Shown one piece after another: positions 59,520 through 64,000 of a stretch of 64,000 nucleotides of DNA. Source of the DNA: Octopus vulgaris (lineage: Eukaryota); assembly GCA_951406725.2 (NCBI GenBank), contig OX597835.1:18352001-18416000 (forward strand). Direction: 5' to 3'. Positions within the stretch are counted from its first letter, which is position 1, and each line of letters starts with the position of its first letter. The position numbers and the translations under genes were made by a program. The notes under the pieces were generated by a model, which was not told the DNA's origin, did no database searches, and saw only the letters and a program-made list of their open reading frames with translations.

Positions 59520-60229
59520 TATATGTCGTTTAATTCTACGGTAATGAACCACTAAACGTTTAGAACTGTTTCAAATGACATTAGAAATTAATTTCAAATT
59601 TTGGCACAAAGCCAGCAATTTAGGGGGCGGCGGCGAGTTAGTGCTAAACTGATACTTATTTTATCAACCTCCGGAAGAATGAATGACAAAGTCGAATGAC
59701 AAATCGAATTATCTAGAAAAGATGAATAGTAAACTCGACCTTCGCAGAATTTCAATTCAGAACATAAAGATGAACGAAATGCCACGAAGTATTTTCCACG
59801 GAAAATGGCATTAGATACTGCAAGAAAATTCCTTTAAAATTTTTGAGGTTTTGGCTGCCGTTCTTGTCGAAGTCTATAATGCAAACAAGCAGCATACAAC
59901 TCTAGACATTATTTCCTCGATTTCTCGATGACCTCGTTGAATGCGTATCTGGTTGGATGTGTTGTGTTCGTCCAGGACGGATGATTCTCTGTTTTTTCAG
60001 AATATGTTGGTCGCGATAATTTTCCTAAACCTCTCTCTTCCAGACAACTACGTTGAATTTCCTGTCGCATGAAACTACATGTCTTGTAACAGAATAAACT
60101 AGATGAAGATAAAAAAGGTATCAGGATGGTTACAGTAGGGTGGGTTTAAATCGTTAATCAAGATCAGCATCACCGCCCCCACCGCCCCCACCACTACAAT
60201 AACGTTAAATATTCTTATTCTCTCTCTTT

Positions 60230-60627
60230 CTCTTTTACTTGTTTCAGTCATTTGACTGCGGCCATGCTGGAGCACCGCCTTTAGTCGAGCAAATTGACCC
60301 CCCAGGACTTATTCTTTGTAAGCCCAGTACTTATTCTATCGGTCTCTTTTTGCCGAACTGCTAAGTGACGGGGACGTAAACACAACAGCATCGGTTGTCA
60401 AGCAATGCTAGGGCGACAAACACAGACACACAAACACATACACACATACATACATATATACATATGACAGGCTTCTTTCAGTTTCCGTCTACCAAATCCA
60501 CTCACAAGGCATTGGTCGGCCTGGGGCTATAGCAGAAGACACATGCCCAAGATGCCGCGCAGTGGGACTGAACCCAGAACCATGTGGCTGGTTAGCAAGC
60601 TACTTACCACACAGCCACTCCTGCGCC
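60230..60627 (-). mobile_element. SINE family B, full length
   Basis: Reverse complement head-to-tail match. Confidence 0.93.
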
Positions 60628-61122
60628 TATATATATTTTGGGGCCTTATGTATATTTTATTGATAGTTCATTGGTTTGCCTATGACTTTGGAACAATTGT
60701 CTCGTATAAGATGCGGCTTTGAAGGAACAAAACCAAGACCATGTATTTCTGAAGCGTGCTTCTTTAAAGACACAGGCTCCAACGTTTTTTTTCTTTTTTA
60801 ATTTCAGTATATGAACAGGAATTTAAACGAAAGTCAATTAACCTTGCAAATTTAGAGAAAAACAAATCTATAGAATATTTCAGCTTGAACAACTTCGAAA
60901 TGGATGATTAGAAATGGTCAGTAAATTGTAGAGAACATTAAAACAATTTACATTGTTAAGAGACTTATATAGTCTTACTATTTATTTACTGGAACTAACA
61001 ATAGCGGCTCTATACGGCTGGTGAGCAGAGTTCGCTGGAAGTAGCAGTTAAAGTGTTATGTAACTCAAATGACGTAACGGGATTGTAAATTGTAAAAAAA
61101 TCTATAATATATTTCTACATAA

Positions 61123-61525
61123 GGCGCAGGAGAGGCTGTGTGGTAAGTAGCTTCTCTACCAACCACATGGTTCCGGGTTCAGTCCCACTGCGTGGCACCT
61201 TCGGCGAGTGTCTTCTACTATAGCCTCGGGCCGACCAAAGCCTTGTGAGTGGATTTGGTAGACGGAAACTGAAAGAAGCCCGTCGTATATATGTATATAT
61301 ATATATATGCGTGTGTGTGTTTGTGTGTCTGTGTTTGTTCCCCTAGCATTGTTTGACAACCGATGCTGGTGTGTTTACGTCCCCGTTACTTAGCGGATCG
61401 GCAAAAGAGACCGATAGAATAAGTACTGGGCTTACAAAAGAATAAGTTCCGGGGTCGAGTTGCTCTATTAAAGGCGGTGCTCCAGCATGGGCCGCAGTCA
61501 AATGACTGAAACAAGTAAAAGAGTA
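61123..61525 (+). mobile_element. SINE family B, full length
   Basis: Head-to-tail match. Confidence 0.93.
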
Positions 61526-62051
61526 TAAGCTTTACTTGAACTTAGCAAAGGCCGTTCTTATCTATTTACACACACACAAACACACATACACACACCCATG
61601 CACACACACACACAAACACACACACGCACGCCCACACACACACGCATGCATATATAGATATGTACACACATACACCTAATTATAGAAAAGCATACATACT
61701 CGTATAAATGTTGGTTTCAAACTTTCTGTACAAGACCAGCAAATCCTAAAAACGGGAGTAAGTAGACAATACCGACCGCGTACAAAACTGGTATTTATAT
61801 TATCAAAAAAAAAAAAAACAAAAAGAATAAATACAAAGGTAAGTTTACCGTGAATGAATTTGAACTCAGAGGCTGACGAAATGCTGGTAACCGATGCGCC
61901 AAGCGTGCTAAACATTCAACCACCTCGCTGCTTTTCTTACATAGATACTTATATTACTATCTATCTCTCTCTCTCCCTCACTCTCTCTCTCACTCTCTCT
62001 ATCTATCTATCCCACACACATGCCCAGAGAGAGATATCCATGCATATATAT

Positions 62052-62132
<81 letters not shown>

Positions 62133-62186
62133 TATATACATATATATATATACATATATATACATAAGTACATATATACATATATT

Positions 62187-62219
<33 letters not shown>

Positions 62220-62264
62220 TTTATATATATATATATATATATACATACATACACACACACGTAT

Positions 62265-62311
<47 letters not shown>

Positions 62312-62779
62312 GAGAGAGAGAGAGAGCCATCTTCTGCCGAGAACGATTAATAAGATTCGCATTCGCTGAGCTTCACAGATTTGGAGGCGAAGTGACTAGG
62401 TATTTCTCTGATCGGTATACTGTCAGCGTAATTATCGATTAGAAGCAGCGTAACACAGCAAGACGAAACTATATATTTCAATTACTGATACTCCACCCGT
62501 TTAACTTCATTTCGGATTACATCCGCTCAAATTTGCTCAAATGCTGAGAACGATTTCAAGGAACGGTAGAAACCTTTGACAAGAAGTCACGAAGCGGGCG
62601 TCGAGTTCGAGACTACCATGCAGAGAAAAGAATCCATTGCTTTCTAATAAGTATGTTCACTCTGCATTAATCTGCAAGCTCAGCACATTCTCTAATAACA
62701 ATAACAACAGGAACAAGGATAAGGACAACATAATAGAATATGAGTGCAGCAAATGACAGTATCATTAATCTTTGCATCT

Positions 62780-63385
62780 ACGGCTACGAGGTGGCAGCAT
62801 CAAAATGGCTGAGCGTCATTTCGTCCTTGTTTAAAATCTGACCTGAAATTCTACCAAGATTAACTTACCTTTTGACCCACGATTAACTTACGATTAACTT
62901 ACCTTGAAGTTCTGCCGGGATTAACATAGACGATTAACTTACATTTCTCGGTTGATAATATAAATACCAGTTGAGCACGAGGTCGAGTTTGCCTTTTATA
63001 TTTTCGGGGGTCGATAAAATAAGTACCAGTTGATCACGGGGGTCAACGTAATTGACTAGCCCTTCCTCCGAAATGACTTACACCGTGCCAAAATTTTAAA
63101 CCATTATTGATTTTAGCATGTATATAGATATGTAGATAGATTTTTAGCATCTGGGGAAGTGAACTGGCACAATTATTAGCAGGCCGAACAAAATGCTCAG
63201 CATCATTCCTTTAGGCTCTTTACATTGTGGGTTCAAATGCTGCCGAAGTCGGTTTTGCCTTTCATCCATTCGGGGTTGATAAAATAAGTACCAGTTGAGT
63301 AGGCAACTGGGGGCGATGTAATCGACTAGTACCACTCCCCCAAAAATATTGCTGGCTTTGTGCCTATAGCAGAAAGGATTATTAA
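62780..63385 (+). mobile_element. Cluster of degraded older SINE A copies
   Basis: Repeated gataaaataagtaccagttga cores. Similar degraded copies on the minus strand at ~25700-25845, 59590-59800 and 61710-61925. Confidence 0.7.
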
Positions 63386-63459
63386 TTTTGCGTCCAGTTT
63401 ACTGCAGTGTGACCACAGCCATTACCAGCAAGACGACCCTCGCTTCGTCAGTGATACCT

Positions 63460-64000
63460 TAATCAACACCAACATCAACATCAACATCACAACCAGCAAT
63501 ATCAACATCATCACCACGTTCCACTACCATAGCCTCCACCATTAGCATAACCAAACTCCCTCTAATACCACCACCACCATCAATACCAGCAGCCCTCCAT
63601 CAGAGCCACTACGCTCTCCGAATCCAGGAACACCACCTTGTCCCTAATGCAATCTTCACACCTACATAATAACGATAACCAAACCAACCACGGCCATCAC
63701 CACTAACACTATTCGCATCACTACCAACAGCTGCACCACCACCACCAGCAACACCACTATAACAACCGTTGCCATCTCCACTAACATAACCCTCAACACA
63801 ACCAACACATGCAGCATCATCACCACCACCACCACCACCACCACTACTACCACCACCACCACAAACAACAACAACAACAACAACAGTAGCAGAAGCAGCA
63901 GCAGCACCGAATTCAACAACAGCAATAACAACAACGCCACCACCAACTCTCTCAGCATGATGAACACCACCGCATCCAACCACACCAGCGGAACCATCAT
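63460..64000. repeat. Degenerate (CAC)/(CAA)/(CAG) low-complexity tract
   Basis: Directly visible. Confidence 0.85.

Overview
This is AT-rich, repeat-saturated eukaryotic DNA, most consistent with an octopus (coleoid cephalopod) intronic or intergenic region; that assignment is inferred from the SINE families and microsatellite density. No complete host gene is supportable, and almost all listed ORFs are microsatellite or transposon artefacts. The window holds four tRNA-derived SINE families, R4/Dong and RTE LINE fragments, mariner remnants, several MITEs and a Helitron-like element. The most notable hidden structure is a set of Penelope-like element (PLE) remnants carrying minimal type I hammerhead ribozyme folds. 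One is a young 1.5-kb element with ~386-bp near-perfect inverted repeats and a GIY-YIG C-terminus. A two-copy family has a non-canonical core (CUGAUGC). One SINE family also forms 184-bp-period multimers with an identical junction, suggesting self-targeted insertion. All coordinates and alignments were read by eye.
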